DNA from: Octopus vulgaris
Lineage: Eukaryota
Direction: 5' to 3'
Assembly (NCBI GenBank): GCA_951406725.2
Contig: OX597816.1
Span: forward strand, 53,568,001-53,632,000
DNA: 64,000 nucleotides
Shown here: piece after piece, positions 39,002 through 53,452 of the stretch
Position numbering within the stretch: the first letter of the stretch is position 1
Layout of the letters: each line of letters opens with the position of its first letter
The notes under the pieces: model-generated
Told to the model about the DNA's origin: nothing
Database searches by the model: none
The model's input: only the letters and a program-made list of their open reading frames with translations
Made by a program: the position numbers and the translations under genes

Positions 39002-39725
39002 TTATATACTATGTATATAAAATAAAAACAAAATATATATATATATCTTAAGTATAGAACATCACCAATGAATGAAAAATGCATAAGCACACAATGAGAG
39101 ACAAGTACGGAACAAAATACTAAAAGAAGTCTAACTCCTCCTCAGTTGTCGAGTGTTTATTACTACATGTTCCGTGCTTTTAAGGACAAGACAGGAGAAC
39201 TTCATAAGAAAACAGCATCCAGAAATTTTTAAAATATAAAATTTGTGGGGGAGTTAGGGCTTTGAATGAACAAATGACACGAGTGGATGTATGGAAATGA
39301 TGACAAAGACAGACATCTGGGGCTGTTAGGCCAAGACGAATTGTAATGGGTACTACTATGTTAATATCTTGGCGAATCAAAAACAACAACTAACAAAACA
39401 AAAATCAAAAGGAAGCATACATGGAATCTATTAGCTTGACACTCAGTATAAGAAACACAAAAAGAGTGTAACTTTTCGAGCATGGCCCTTCATCAGAAAG
39501 AGTAGAAAGGAAAGGTTCAGAGACACACACACATGGGTTGGCAATAGTAGATATACAGTTTTTTAACAGGAGTGGAATGTTCTTTTCATTTCTCTATTTA
39601 TTTTTTTAATAAGTTGACTAGGGGATCTGCAAGAGATGTCTACTTCATTGGAAGCCCTCTTTTATGATTTCCAGGTACTTTGATTGAAAAGAACATTTCA
39701 CTCATATTAACCAACTGTCACCCTT

Positions 39726-39759
<34 letters not shown>

Positions 39760-40341
39760 CTTTGTTTTTGTGTTGGTCTCCACTACTTAACCACTGTTGT
39801 TGGTTTGTTTACATCCTCATAACATAGCAATTCAACAAAAGTGTCTGATAGTATAGGTACCAGACATAACAAAAATTACTGGGGTAGATTTGTGCAACTA
39901 AAACCTTCAAAGCAGTGCCCCAGCATGGTCGCAGTCCAATGAGTGAAATAAGTAAAGGAATAGAAAATAACTTCAGTGAACTTTTTTTATATATGTTAGT
40001 CAAAAGAGAAACGGCTATACTTACTGGGAATGGAGTAAGTGAAGCAAGAGCACACACAAAAATGAAAAGTGTCGCTGAAGAGGTTTGTAGGTCTTCTGAG
40101 GTTCCTGTGATGGATGTGGTTAATGATCACTTTGTATGATGTAAGTCAATATCATATCCACTCCACGATCTCACCTTTACCAAAACTTGACATTTCAAAG
40201 AAAATTTTTGAAGAGAATTGCAGTTGATGAAGCTGAAGCTGTTGTTGATAAACATTTATATATATACATATATAACTGTCAATGGCAATATATGTATACA
40301 TCCAGAGACACGTGCATGTGTATATATATACATATATATAC

Positions 40342-40386
<45 letters not shown>

Positions 40387-40485
40387 AAAATTCAACCTGT
40401 CTGATTTTCACGTTTATTTACAACTTATAATGATATATTATAAGATAATATATTATATTGTAAAATAAAATATAGAATGTAAATA

Positions 40486-40536
<51 letters not shown>

Positions 40537-40728
40537 GTATGTATATATGCATATAGCCATTGACAGTTCATATCACATAGAAAACGAATTACTGCAACTA
40601 GAGTGCTTTATAGAATGTTCTCAAATTATACTTATGAATTTGTGTAGCAAAACTCCTTATGTGAAATCATATGTTGAAAAAGATAGTGTTGTATTTTAGG
40701 ATGTTTTTTTTTTGTTTTGTTTTTTGTT

Positions 40729-41035
40729 CCAAATAAACACTCGCTATATATTTGTTTCTCACTCGTTGATTATTTTTCTTATTCTAACCCATCCATTGTC
40801 CAGAAATTTTTCGTCACACACCTGTAACCTCTTCAGTGACACTTTTCATTTTTGTGTGTGCCCTTGCTTCACTTACTCCATTCCCAGTAAGTAGTGGAGT
40901 ACACACGAAAACGAAAAGTGTCACTGATGAGGTCACAGATGCATGACGAAAGATTTCCGGACAATGGACATGAGTTAGAATAAGAACAGTAATAAATGAA
41001 TGAAGAACAAATATATAGTGCATGTGTTTATTTGG
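40729..41035. repeat. Imperfect palindrome of two divergent hammerhead-bearing modules (cores at 40797-40841 minus and 40919-40963 plus)
   Basis: Minus: TGTCA-CTGAAGA-GGTTA...TGAC-GAAA-AATTTC-TGGACA. Plus: TGTCA-CTGATGA-GGTCA...TGAC-GAAA-GATTTC-CGGACA. A third partial copy lies at 40018-40085. Confidence 0.7.
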
Positions 41036-41074
41036 CAAAAAAAAATGACCAACCCAAAATACAACTCTCTCTCT

Positions 41075-41487
41075 CTCTCTTTTACTCTTTTACTTGTTTC
41101 AGTCATTTGACTGCGGCCATGCTGGAGCACCGCCTTTAGTCGAGCAAATCGACCCCGGGACTTATTCTTTGTAAGCCCAGTATTTATTCTATCGGTCTCT
41201 TTTGCCGAACCATTAAGTGACGGGAACGTAAACACACCAGCATCAGTTGTCAAGCAATGCTAGGGCGACAAACACAGACACACAAACATACACACACACA
41301 TACATATATATATACATATATACGACAGGCTTCTTTCAGTTTCTGTCTACCAAATCCACTCACAAGGCTTTGGTTGGCCCGAGGCTATAGTAGAAGACAC
41401 TTGTCCAAGATGCCACACAGTGGGACTGAACCCGGAACCATGTGGTTGGTTAGCAAGCTACTTACCACACAGCCACTCCTGCGCCTA
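41075..41487 (-). mobile_element. SINE family A
   Basis: Family match. Confidence 0.9.
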
Positions 41488-41702
41488 TCTCAACGATATC
41501 TTAAACTATAATTTATCAGACCTAATGGTTATGCTGCAAACATGACTTGAAGACAATACTGCTTGAGATGGAGTATCTTTATGTCTACACATTATTTCTT
41601 TATTATACAATGCTAAATCTCACACCCAGGCTGGAATAGATTCTCTTCAGCCATTTGGATGCTGTCACTGTCATTTCTACGGCTGTTAGTGTTTCTGCTA
41701 CT

Positions 41703-41930
41703 GGCGAACTGGCAGAATCGTTAGCACGCCGGGTGAAATGCGTAGCCGTATTTCGTATGCCGTTACGTTCTGAGTTCAAATTCCGCCGAGGTCGACTTTG
41801 CCTTTCATCCTCTCGGGGTCGATAAATAAAGTACCAGTTACGCACTGGAGTCGATGTAATCGACTTAATCCGTTTGTCTGTCTTTGTTTGTACTCTCTGT
41901 GTTTAGCCCCTTGCGGTCAATAAAGAAATA
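41703..41930 (+). mobile_element. SINE family B, CpG-rich (likely young)
   Basis: Family match with retained CpGs. Confidence 0.9.
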
Positions 41931-42059
41931 TATTATTGTTACTGTTAGTTGAACTTTGTACCATGACAATCTTATTTTCTCCTTCTCCACTTCCCCTATA
42001 TTGTTGCCCATAATGGAGAGAAGGGGAAGAAAGTCCTCATTCATTATTATATTGGTTGG

Positions 42060-42369
42060 AGGGTTTGTTTTGTTTTTTCTCGACTCTTTCGAGACATGTT
42101 CCGCCATCTTGATGAGTTGTATTTGGTTCAATTAAATTTAACGCCCACAAAATAAGTTCAGTGGGTGGAATTGCCCCTCTGGGGGCTACACAACCATAAA
42201 AAGCCAGTAACAGGTTCCTGGTGTTTCTATTCACAACTCAGAATAATATAATAATTGAAAAAGGATATCAATCCTGTTGTAAATAAATATTTTGAACTGG
42301 ACTTACTCGGAGTGTTCAAAAACATGTCCAATGTGTTCCACAGCAAATATAATAATAATAATGGTGATG

Positions 42370-42415
<46 letters not shown>

Positions 42416-42905
42416 ACAAAAATTTACACTCATAGTCTAGGTGTGCTTACAAAAGCCATCGGTACAGCCTTTTCTCCAGATCACTCCAAATAAATAAAAA
42501 AAAATGTTTAATTAATTATTCAGACACAAAAATCACTCATTCACACAACAAAAGATGGAGAAATGTTTAGCTCACAGGAAGCAAACAACAATTTTGATAT
42601 GCATTATTTCAATTGCTATTTTCAAAAAATACACGAGATATTTGCATGATGTGAATAATGACAACGAGAAGGCATTCCAAATTTAAATTAAACATCTTTC
42701 TTGTTTTTAACAATAAATGTATCAAAACAGGTTCATTTCACTGAAGAGTGAAATAATTTACTATGGTAATGGTGTATCATTTTCTTTAAATAATCTAAGC
42801 CTTTAGCATTGGTTCTGACAAGTCTTAACTTGAAATTTTTCGATTATTGCATCTGCTGTTATTTCCCTTCTTTGTGAAGGTTTTTTGATGGCGGCCATAT
42901 TTCTG
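42060..42905. promoter_or_regulatory. Possible promoter region with YY1-type motifs
   Basis: CCGCCATCTTG at 42101-42111 and GATGGCGGCCAT at 42887-42898 in non-repeat sequence with a few retained CpGs. Minus-strand GTAAG donors at about 42306 and 42450. Confidence 0.35.
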
Positions 42906-43162
42906 TAGTTTTTTTTTTTTTTATGTTGTGGATTCTGGTTATTATCAAATAATTCCTTTAATCATCCAAATGCATTGTGTTTGTTTCTTTGTGTGTGTAT
43001 GTGCGTGTGCATTACAAAAACACAGTTGAAGGAATATTTCTGTAAAAGATATTTCAACTTCATTTCATTAATCAGTAACTGTCTTATGAGGAAGGTGGAA
43101 ATAATTGCTTCTAATCTGGTACAAGGCCAGAAAGTTTTTGAGATAAAAAGCAATTCAATACC

Positions 43163-43392
43163 TATTTCTTTACTACCCACAAGGGGCTAAACACAGAAAG
43201 GACAAACAAGGACAGACAAACAGATTAAGTCGATTATATCGACCCCAGTGCGTAACTGGTACTTAATTTATCGACCCCGGAAGGATGAAAGGCAAAGTCG
43301 ACCTCGGCAGAATTTGAACTCAGAACTTAAAGACAGACGAAATATTGCTAGGCATTTCGCCCGACGTGTTAACGTCTCTGCCAGCTCGCCAC
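43163..43392 (-). mobile_element. SINE family B
   Basis: Family match. Confidence 0.9.
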
Positions 43393-43729
43393 CTCATTAA
43401 CCCTCAAGCTTGGCTGGTACTTTTTTCTATATATCCTCAAAATGATAATAGGCAAAGTTTACCTCAGCAGAATTTGAACTCAGAATGTAAAGAGCTGGAA
43501 CAAATACCACCAGACCTTTTCCTGACATGGAAAAATTGTTGAAGACTGCCTATAGATGTAAATAGATGGAAGGACATCATAGATAATCAAGGAAAGTACA
43601 TTGATGATTAAATTTCTATTAAATATAACATTTGATCACTTGTTTTCTTCATTCAAAATTCAGACAAAACTTATGGGATGACCTGATAGTACACGGGAAC
43701 CTCAACAGACAACAGTTTTCGGGCAAACA

Positions 43730-44385
43730 GATCACATTGGCATAATTTGAAGAAAGCTGTCAAAGTAGTTTCTGGTAGATTCAGAACTATGTTTCGAGCA
43801 TTGTCTTCTATGAAATATACATGCTGGCCATTGGATGTCACTCATGGATTTTGAAACCCATGATGCACCACATTGCCTCATTAGAGGAAATATACCTGCC
43901 CAACTTATATTGCTGAATTTCATCTGCCTGCCTGCCCTCTTGTTCAAGTCCAAAAACTGCCATATGTGAGGTGTTATTGATGTATTTACATGCATATTTA
44001 ATACATTTCATTGAGTTGCATGACTTAACATTAACATGGGCCTGTAATGTTTTAGACAGCAATGGGCTGTGGGGCACGAGGCTCCTGTTGTCTATTTCCA
44101 CCCCTTGACTATTAACTTTGAGCTTGGCAGTGTTTAGGGTGATCAAAGGAAAATGAATGGGTTATTTCCCTTGGCTGTTAAAGGAAAATATATGGATTAT
44201 ATTTGGACTCATTCTCGCCATCCAATTATAGATTTTTATTAAACTTCAATGAACCAAGTAACAAACTGGATGTTACTTAAACATGTTTGCAAAGTTTCCC
44301 AAAAATTCGTTAACAGGTGTAGATGGCAACTTTACACAAACAGACATCCAAACAGACAATTCGCATTTATATATATATATATATA
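43730..44385 (-). mobile_element. Helitron relic with a Rep-domain fragment (43838-44146)
   Basis: IDNRSLVPHSPLLSKTLQAHVNVKSCNSMKCIKYACKYIN...DEIQQYKLGRYISSNEAMW matches Helitron Rep motif 3 (KYxxKY) and downstream blocks. A Helitron-like 5' end TATATAAATGCGAATTGTCTGT lies near 44380. Confidence 0.9.
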
Positions 44386-44587
44386 TAAATTAGAGAAGAA
44401 CCACTTTGTAGCAATTCAACAATGATGCAATTAAATCATAATATATAGAAAAAATTAAATATTCAATAAAAAAATATAACTATAATTAAGTAAAGTACAA
44501 AATAATAAATAAATAGCATATAATTAGTAAAAAGACTACACGTGTTTCGTGAATTTTTCCCTGTAAGTTTGGAATCATATTCCCTAA

Positions 44588-44638
<51 letters not shown>

Positions 44639-45439
44639 GTATATATTATATATTATATACACATGCACACATATTTCCCTTAAAGGGGATCAGATAATAT
44701 ACAGATTGAAACAGTTTAGATTAAAAAGCATGATCAATGGTTGGTTTTCTTGTAACGATTCATTTTATTTTTATAAAATGGTCTGGACTCTTTAGAAATT
44801 CTTTACACGTTGGTCAAGTCCACCTTTCAACTTTGCAAAGTTAATAAAATGAGTAGCTGACAAATCAGTGTGGTCAATATAATTGGCTAAAAATTCAGGA
44901 TGGTGCTCCTGTACAGCCACTGTCTGGTGGTTGATACTCGAAAAAGAATAAAAGGAAGTAACAGTTGGGAATTGGTCGAGCTTAATTTTAGAACAAATGG
45001 TAAGTGTGTGCTAGAATATTTAAAGAGGAAGTGCAGAAATACTATTTCTAGTTGAAGTATCTTTTTCCCCCCACTGTATAGACCCAATGTAAGGAAACAG
45101 ATAAGCTGGTGCATTAGTCCAGTCATTATTTGATGGACACGAGTAGGAAAAGCATTTTGAAACATGACTGCTATTGAGGCAGGTCAGTAAAGCTATTATA
45201 TTTTTAATAATATCAATGTAGCCTATTGGATAATAATGTTCAGTTTAGTATCAAGATTCAATGGATTGGATATGAGACGTTTTGGCACTGCTGTTTTGCC
45301 ACTGCCTATTTGGCATTGCTGATTCAACTCTGACTTATTTGACATCAGACGTCTTAATGTTTCTCTAGTTGTCTCCCTTTTTCCCTCCTCCACACTCTCT
45401 CTCTCTCTCTCTCTTTTTCTCTTTCAATCTTTCCATCTC

Positions 45440-45835
45440 TCTTTCTCTCTCTTTTAATTGTTTCAGTCATTTGACTGTGGCCATGCTGGAGCACCGCCTT
45501 TAGTCGAGCAAATCGACCCCAGGACTTATTCTTTGTAAGCCCAGTACTTATTTTATCGGTCTCTTTTGCCGAACTGCTAAGTGACGGGGACGTAACCACA
45601 CCAGCATCGGTTGTCAAGCAATGCTAGGGAGACAAACATAGACACACAAACATACACATATAAATATATATACATATATGCGACAGGCTTCTTTCAGTTT
45701 CCGTCTACCAAATCCACTCACAAGGCATTGGTCGGCACAGGGCTATAGCAGAAGACACTTGCCCAAGATGCCACGCAGTGGGACTGAACCCGGAACCATG
45801 TGGTTGGTTAGCAAGCTACTTACCACACAGCCACT
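45440..45835 (-). mobile_element. SINE family A, followed by an older copy at 45845-46200
   Basis: Family match. Confidence 0.9.
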
Positions 45836-46676
45836 TGTATCGTTTATCTTTTATCTTTTACTTGTTTCAGTCATTAGACTGTGACCATGCTAGGGCAGTA
45901 ATTATTTGTTCTTTTTTAACCCTGGTACTCATTCTATCAGTCTTTTTCACTGATCAGCCAAGTTATGGGAATACAAAGACTTCGACACCAGTTGTCAAGC
46001 AAACACAGACATAAAGGCACACATACGTATTTATATATATATATACACATATATATATATGATGGACTTTTCAGTTTCCATCTATGAAGTTTCGGTCAGT
46101 CCAAGGTTAAAGTACAAGACGCTTGCCCAATGTGCCATGCAATAGGACTGAATCTGGAACCATGTGGTTGGTAAGCAAACTTCTTACCGCACTGCTATGT
46201 TTGCACTATATGTGTATATTTCTGTATATGCATGCATGTGTGTATGTGTGTTTGCCTTCTAGTGCCAAAAAGTACTGTCAGCAAAACTGGTTGAATGTCC
46301 AGTCAACCATGTTAAATAGCCAGCATCCAGCCAGCCATACTCAATCATCTCATTTTATCAATAGATTTTATCATAAGAGATGCAGACATGGTTGTCTGGT
46401 TAAGAAGTTTGTTTAGCAGTCATGTGGTCTTGAGATCAATCCTGCTGCACACCTTGGGCAAGTGTCACCTAACATAGCCTCATTAAATAAGGTTCTTGTC
46501 AGTGAAATTTGATACATGAAATCTGTGTGGAATTCCTTCAGAGGGATCATTCATGTTTTTGGATGGCATACTTAATCCATTGCTAGGTATAACACTACCA
46601 CCTGCCATTTAGGTGTTCATTTGTTTATTTAATCTTTTATCTTTTACTTGTTTCAGTTATAGCCATGCCTGCACAT

Positions 46677-47720
46677 CTCTATATATATAAACGGCAAAAT
46701 GTCTGTGTGTGTGTCCTTTATACAAATCCACAATTTTTCAGTTAGAGAGCTTGCACTTTCTATGGTCATTCAAAACCGTTCAAGGGTGGTCGTGCACATC
46801 TTTATATTTCTCCAGTCACCCAACAAAGCCATTAAAAAATCAATAGAAGTGACTTTTTTGTGAATTTTCTATCCAAAACCCAATCAAAATGCCCGAAACT
46901 TGATACGCTAATTGAATGCCAGCTAGCTGTATGTGATTGGTTGGAGATTTGGACAGTACTTGCATGTATTTGCACATGCACGCAGCTGTATATGCATGCA
47001 CTAGTGCTAGTATAATATAAAAGTATAAAATTTTTGCAAGTATTTGTGCCATAATTGCTTTCATAATTGTTTCTTATCCTTAAATCCTTAAAATGTTTTA
47101 GCCCGAAGGCCGCGGCCATAAGCATGAATTCATTTTCCTTTTCAAGTAAAGGAACTGAAGAAGTAGTGACCTTCATGGGTTTCACAAAGACACTAACATC
47201 TAAAGGGAAATAATTCTAATAAAGTAATCGAAACTGGGTCACAAATTCATTTAGACTGAAGCTAACTTACACTTGACAATGTTCAGCATAACCTACTTTA
47301 ATTATAACAAGTTTGATGAATACCTTTTAATTGATTTTAACAAGATCCACTGTCTTCACAATAATATGAATTAGAACAAAACACAATACAAATTTGCTTG
47401 CAATATTCCCCTCAAATAGCATTTATTTTACCTTTGCCTTTGCCAAACAACTGCCGTGTTTTGCAAGATTATCCTCTTGGAAGATTATTATAGTCAATAG
47501 CTTCCTCTAAATTTGGAGGAATATTTCTGAGTATTTTTTCCACAAAAGACTGTTAATCAAATCCTACACTTTCCTTGCAACATTCCACATCAGTCAACAC
47601 AATATCCAGATCCATTCTTATTTCTTTCTAAGCTTCTAAATAAAATCAATAAGACCAGAATGTAAAGGGCTCATAACTTCTCTTGCCTCAGAATAACATC
47701 CTTAGTCTACTACTTAATAT
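46677..47720 (+). mobile_element. Probable non-autonomous Helitron 5' portion
   Basis: A|TCTCTATATATATAAACGGCAAAATGTCTGTGTG start; no CTAG 3' end identified. Confidence 0.45.
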
Positions 47721-47729
47721 CTTTTGTTA

Positions 47730-47733
47730 ATTT

Positions 47734-47775
<42 letters not shown>

Positions 47776-47926
47776 CCTCCCCCTCTCTCTCTCCCTCCCT
47801 CTCTCTCTCTCCCTCTCTATCTATCTGTTTATCTGTCTATCTATCTATCTATCTATCTATATATCTATCTATCTATCTACCTATCAATATATCTCAGTCT
47901 CTCTGTTTCTTTCTGTTTATCTCTTC

Positions 47927-47967
<41 letters not shown>

Positions 47968-47991
47968 AAATCTCTCTATCTCTCTATCTCA

Positions 47992-48044
<53 letters not shown>

Positions 48045-48308
48045 CCTACCTAAATATTTCAGTCTCTCTGTTTCATTCTATTTATCTCTTCCTTTCACAA
48101 CTTCACAAATACTTATCTCTCCTTTTCTTTCTTTCCCTCTCCTTTCTTACACTTTCTCTCTCTCCCTCTCTTTTTCTCTCTTTCTCTCTTTCTTTCTATC
48201 CATCTATCTCTCTATTTTTATCTTTATCTATCCATCCATCTATCTACCTACTTCTATCTCTCCAGTTGACTACATATGCTTTCCCATTTTCCTTTTCTTT
48301 ACTTTCAC

Positions 48309-48345
<37 letters not shown>

Positions 48346-48560
48346 AGTCTTTCTGTCTCCCACACTCTTCCCCTCTCTCTCCTACTTCCTTTCTTTCACT
48401 TTTTCTTTACTCTCTCTTCTTTGCCTACCTACTTTTCTCTTTCTTTCTTTCTTTTCTATTTTTACTCTGATCACTCCAATCTTTTTAACTCTATTTCCAT
48501 ACAATTCCAACCATTTTCATCCTTTCTCACCCTCTTTTTCTCCTGGTTTCTGTTTTTTTT
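47730..48560. repeat. (CT)n/(TATC)n pyrimidine-rich low-complexity tract
   Basis: Directly visible. Confidence 0.9.
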
Positions 48561-49261
48561 TTTCCCCTCCATTTTTCCATCATCTCCCTGCCCTTGAGAA
48601 TTTAGCATGAACAGCTAAAAAAAGTCAACAAAACACTATGTCATGCCATGTGATGTGTCTAAAAAATGACTAATAGAAATTTTCTCTGATTACAACAACT
48701 CAACCAAATTTGTTGAGTGAAAACATAATCCAAATCCTTCTTTATATCAAATTTTCTAAAGTGACATCGACATTTGATAATTATTAGCGTCAATAGTTAG
48801 CAAAACCAAATGTTACTGTTATTATAATTGCATGGAACAAAGTTCTGAGACCAAATAATCAGTTTCTAATCCAGCATGTCTTTGTACAATTAATTCCAAA
48901 CTGAATATTTCCTTTTCATATTAAGAATTGCTTTCAAACAAAGAGAAATTGATGTCTTGACTTGATAACATTTCTAAAGAGGTAAAAATATGGTTATATA
49001 ATAATAATAAATATCCTTACGAGATTTTGATGGGTTTCCATGAAAGGGTTGGTGAATCAATTGAGGTTGTTGTTGTTGTTGCTGTTATTGTTGCTGCTAC
49101 TGTTGCTGTTACTACTTTTGTTGTTATTGCTCTTGTTTAACCCCAAGCTACTTCTGATCACCAAATCTTTGCACAGAAGCAAGCAGCATTCAAACGCAAA
49201 TTTAACAAGCTACATCTTAGGGCTTCCCAAACTACAAAGTGGCTAAAATAATTAAAACGTA

Positions 49262-49658
49262 TACTCTTTTACTCTTTTACTTGTTTCAGTCATTTGACTG
49301 TGGCCATGCTGGAGCACCACCTTTAGTCGAGCAAATCGACCCCAGGACTTTATACTTTGTAAGTCTAGTACTTATTCTATCGGTCTCTTTTGCCGAACCG
49401 CTAAGTGACAGGGACATAAACACACCAACATCGGTTGTCAAGCAATGTTGGGGGGGACAAACACAGATACACAAACATATACACACACATACATATATAC
49501 GACAGGCTTCTTTCAGTTTCTGTCTACCAAATCCACTCACAAGGTTTTGGTCAGCCCAAGGCTATAGTAGAAGACACTTGCCCAAGGTGGCACGGGGACT
49601 GAACCCGGAACCATGTGGTTGGTAAGCAAGCTACTTACCAAACAGCCACTCCTACGCC
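49262..49658 (-). mobile_element. SINE family A
   Basis: Family match. Confidence 0.9.
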
Positions 49659-51898
49659 CATATGTTTCCAATTATCTTTTATCTTTCATTTTTGGCTTTG
49701 CCAAGGCACTGCTTTGAAGGGTTTAGTCATACAAATCAACCCCAGAACCTATTATTTTTAACTCTGGTACTTATTCTACAGGTTTCTTTTACCAAACTAC
49801 TAAGTTGTTCCATGTAAACAAACCAACACCAAGTAAGGTCTTTGATTTGAAGGTACCTTCCTCATTACCTCTCACCAAATCTCAAAGGCTCTGCAAAGAA
49901 TCATCTGTTCTGCCCTTCTTTCATGATGAAGAAAAAGAGAAAAAAGGTTTCTCTATTGGCTTGAGGTTTTGTTGAGTTTCAGGAATGGATTTAATTGATC
50001 TGTAGAAGATGTTATTGTTTTCAACTCCTAATACCAGCAAAGGTGAAGGTGTGTGACCTAGTGGTTTGGCTATTGAACTCATGGTTGCTAGATTGTGGGT
50101 TCAATTCCTTGACCATGTGGCATGATTTGTTCTTGTTATGTCTTCAGGGATTTAAATATCTTGTCACCAATAATGTTACAACAATGTTGGGGTGTGCATA
50201 AGGGTGTAGAATAGTATTACCCAAATAAATATTTGGCATGATTTGAACTCAGAACAATAGGATGGACAAAACGCCTCAAAGCATTTTGTCCAATATAATA
50301 TTAATTCTGCCAGCTCACTGCCTCTCATTAGTTCATTATATTAAAAGTATTATATTAATAGTATTCAGTTGGCCAGAGACACCTACAGAATATCATGTGA
50401 CTTTAGCAAAAATTCTTTTTGGATTTCAAAATATATTACTTAATAAATTGCAGAAAAGAATAAAAAAATTAATTTTCATTTTTACCAAAGCAAAATTAAA
50501 ATTACTAACAGCAAAATTTTTTGGTGTAAATATTTTTAAATGAAGATACATTTCTACTTCTGATGGATTTTTATTAAAATATTTCATGTTATACAAATTA
50601 TATCATAGTTAATTTCATCTAGGCTATATTCTGTAATTATAATGAATTTCACATCAAATTTACTAATCTCTATTTTATTCTTATTCTCACTGCTAAGTGT
50701 TATTCTTTATTTGCCACTTTATTAAGTATCATTTTTACAGTTTGATTTTATTAAATATTGTTTAAATCAGTTGCTAACATCATAATAATATTTTTTACAG
50801 ATTCCAGAGAAATTTACCCAGAAGATATGAAGATGTAAGAACCAATACAAAATGAGCTATCACCTACAGAAACATAACAGGGATGAAATATCCACTCAAA
50901 AATATTAACTAAATATTAGATAAAAAATATGAATGTAATAAAAATTAAAATATTAAAATTCCAATTCCTTTTGAAAAATCCTCCTTTCATTAAGAAAATA
51001 ATTAATCAGGTGTCAGAAGTATATGTTACAGGATAAATGATTTTTCTCCAATAAGAGTAAAATTTGACTATGCATTGTTATGTATCAGTAATCTGACAGG
51101 GTGGACTAAATTAGTAACTCATCACTTGTTTTTTAATCACAACTCAGACTTAATTGAGCAGACCTATAGTCAAAGATTTTCTGACCTTGAGCATTCCATC
51201 TTTTGTTTTAAAACATAGTCTATTGAAGACTACATTAGCTAGTAAGACTTTTCTTTTTCTTTTTTTTTTATGTTAGGGTACATGTTGAAGAAAATTTGGC
51301 TGCTATTTCTAGTGAGTTGAGTGACCACAGAGAGATTGCCCTTCATTGGCTTGTAAATTTTGTGCAGATATTTGGTACAATTGTCTCATTAAGGATCCCT
51401 TTCTTTATATGATTTACAGGAGAAAGGGTAGCACCTGTGATCTTTTGAAGGACCTCAAAGACTTGGTTGGAGGGAAAAAGTAAAGTTATCCTTAGACCAG
51501 AGACTCTGCCTGAATATTTACAACAAAGTGGATATCATTAAAGGCATCAAGGGTCAGGTGATGTTAAACCAGGCTGTGGATTAATTCATTTGTGCATTCC
51601 CTAATTCACATAATTGTAGAGAATCAATAGAGTATCTGGTATTCTTATCTGCAATACATAGTGTTCTATACATAGATTTCTTTCATTCACAAACAACACT
51701 GAAAGGAAAGTTGAACACCAGCTTTATGAGCTTGTGAAAACATCATTTATCATGCAAGTTCACATATATATAATCAATAATAATTATATTCTCTCATGTT
51801 GAGTCAGGTCTAAGAAATCTCATTTTCTTTTCATGCTCAGAGTCTCAGAACAATAGCAGTAATATAGCACATAACAATGAAGCCATTTCTTTACTTAC

Positions 51899-52020
51899 CA
51901 ATCTGAATCTAACAATTTTTGGTAGCAATGAAGAATTTGAAATGTTTCTAAACGTGTTGCTCAGCAAAGAAGACTTCAGTTGAGATTGAAATACAAAAGC
52001 TTGATGGATTATCTTGAAAC
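51899..52020 (-). other. Candidate 122-nt exon
   Basis: Acceptor ttttcttgtcttatcag|, donor TTG|gtaagt. One frame is open (FKIIHQAFVFQSQLKSSLL...) with no recognisable homology. Confidence 0.35.
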
Positions 52021-52746
52021 CTGATAAGACAAGAAAACTAATGTAGACAGAATTTTGATAGAAATAAAGAAGGGAAATTACATGCTTTCTATTATAGTTT
52101 ATATAAATCTTATGAAAATAATTTTTCAATGCTAACTATTCATTCCAGAATATTCTAACTCTATATGAAAATATCATTGCTACTTCAATACTGGTAAACA
52201 ACAAGGTAAAGCATTTCATGTGTAAATTACAGACTGAAAATTGGGAAATAGGTATATATCATATACCAGACATTCTATGCCCATTTCAATTATCCTTCTC
52301 TTGTTGAAAATCAATAAACAATATAGTTTAAACGTTCTAAAGAACTGCAAAATATAAAAAAGGGTAAAAAGAGAAATGGAAAAATTCTAATGGACTAATG
52401 AATTAGTCTTTAATCTAAATTGTAGTTCTGGTCAACAAATTTTTTGCTTTGAATAAAGTTTCCTGAAAACCATTAATAGTCAAGGAAACCAAGTTGTCTT
52501 TACAAAACTACCAACTGCCTTTATACGTATATGTATTGACAATTAACGGAAATAGATGTTCACTCAATTGTATAAACATTACTGTGTATTTCAAGAGGTT
52601 TTGATAGACAGAAAAAAAATTGAAAAAAAAGACATCAAATAAAATAAAAATACAATCAGAAAATAAAAATGTGTGAATATTGGTCTGTCCTTGTTAGCTT
52701 GTCATTTATATACCCCTTTCAATATATTTCTGTTTAAAAATTTATG

Positions 52747-52854
<108 letters not shown>

Positions 52855-52888
52855 CGACGACGACAACAACATGTATGTACACACACTC

Positions 52889-52929
<41 letters not shown>

Positions 52930-53287
52930 AATAATCCATTGATGGCGTTTATAAATATTTTAATGCATCAGTACAAGTGTTTCCACTAATCACATGTTTC
53001 TAAAGATCAAAGTCTATATTTCTGTGATGATTACAGTAGTCTGCAGTATCCACGGACATCAGGTGGATCATGGTCATGTGTTCATTTTGTTGGGTGATAT
53101 GGCATTAACAGAATTCATGAACATGATCTACTCAATGTCCATGGATGCTACATACTGTACTGTAGTCAGCCTAGGGACACGGTCCTTGATCTTAAGAAAT
53201 ACATGATTTGTGAAAACACGTGTAGTGAGGCATTAAAATATTTAGGAATTCCATCCATGGATTATCATTTTTATTAGTATCATGACT

Positions 53288-53452
53288 AAGGTGGCGAGCT
53301 GGCAGAATCATTAGCACACCAGGTGAAATGCTTAGCAGTATTTCGCCTGCTGCTACGTTCTGAGTTCAAATTCCGCTGAGGTCGACTTTGCCTTTCATCC
53401 TTTTGGTGGTCAATAAATTAAGTACCAGTTGAACACTGGGGTGGATATAATC
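53288..53452 (+). mobile_element. SINE family B, 3'-truncated
   Basis: Family match. Confidence 0.85.

Noticed and set aside
39468-39500. Perfect CTGATGA-stem II-GAAA on the minus strand
   Set aside because: No pairing partner for stem I after the putative cleavage site; treated as a decayed member of the 620-920 family.
41603-42131. ORF starting at CAAGATGGCGG (MAEHVSKESRK...)
   Set aside because: Interrupted by a SINE B and has no recognisable homology; the motif is better read as a YY1-type site.
42451-42492. Peptide WSDLEKRLYRWL resembling a CENP-B/Tigger helix
   Set aside because: Too short, with no flanking transposase sequence or TIRs.
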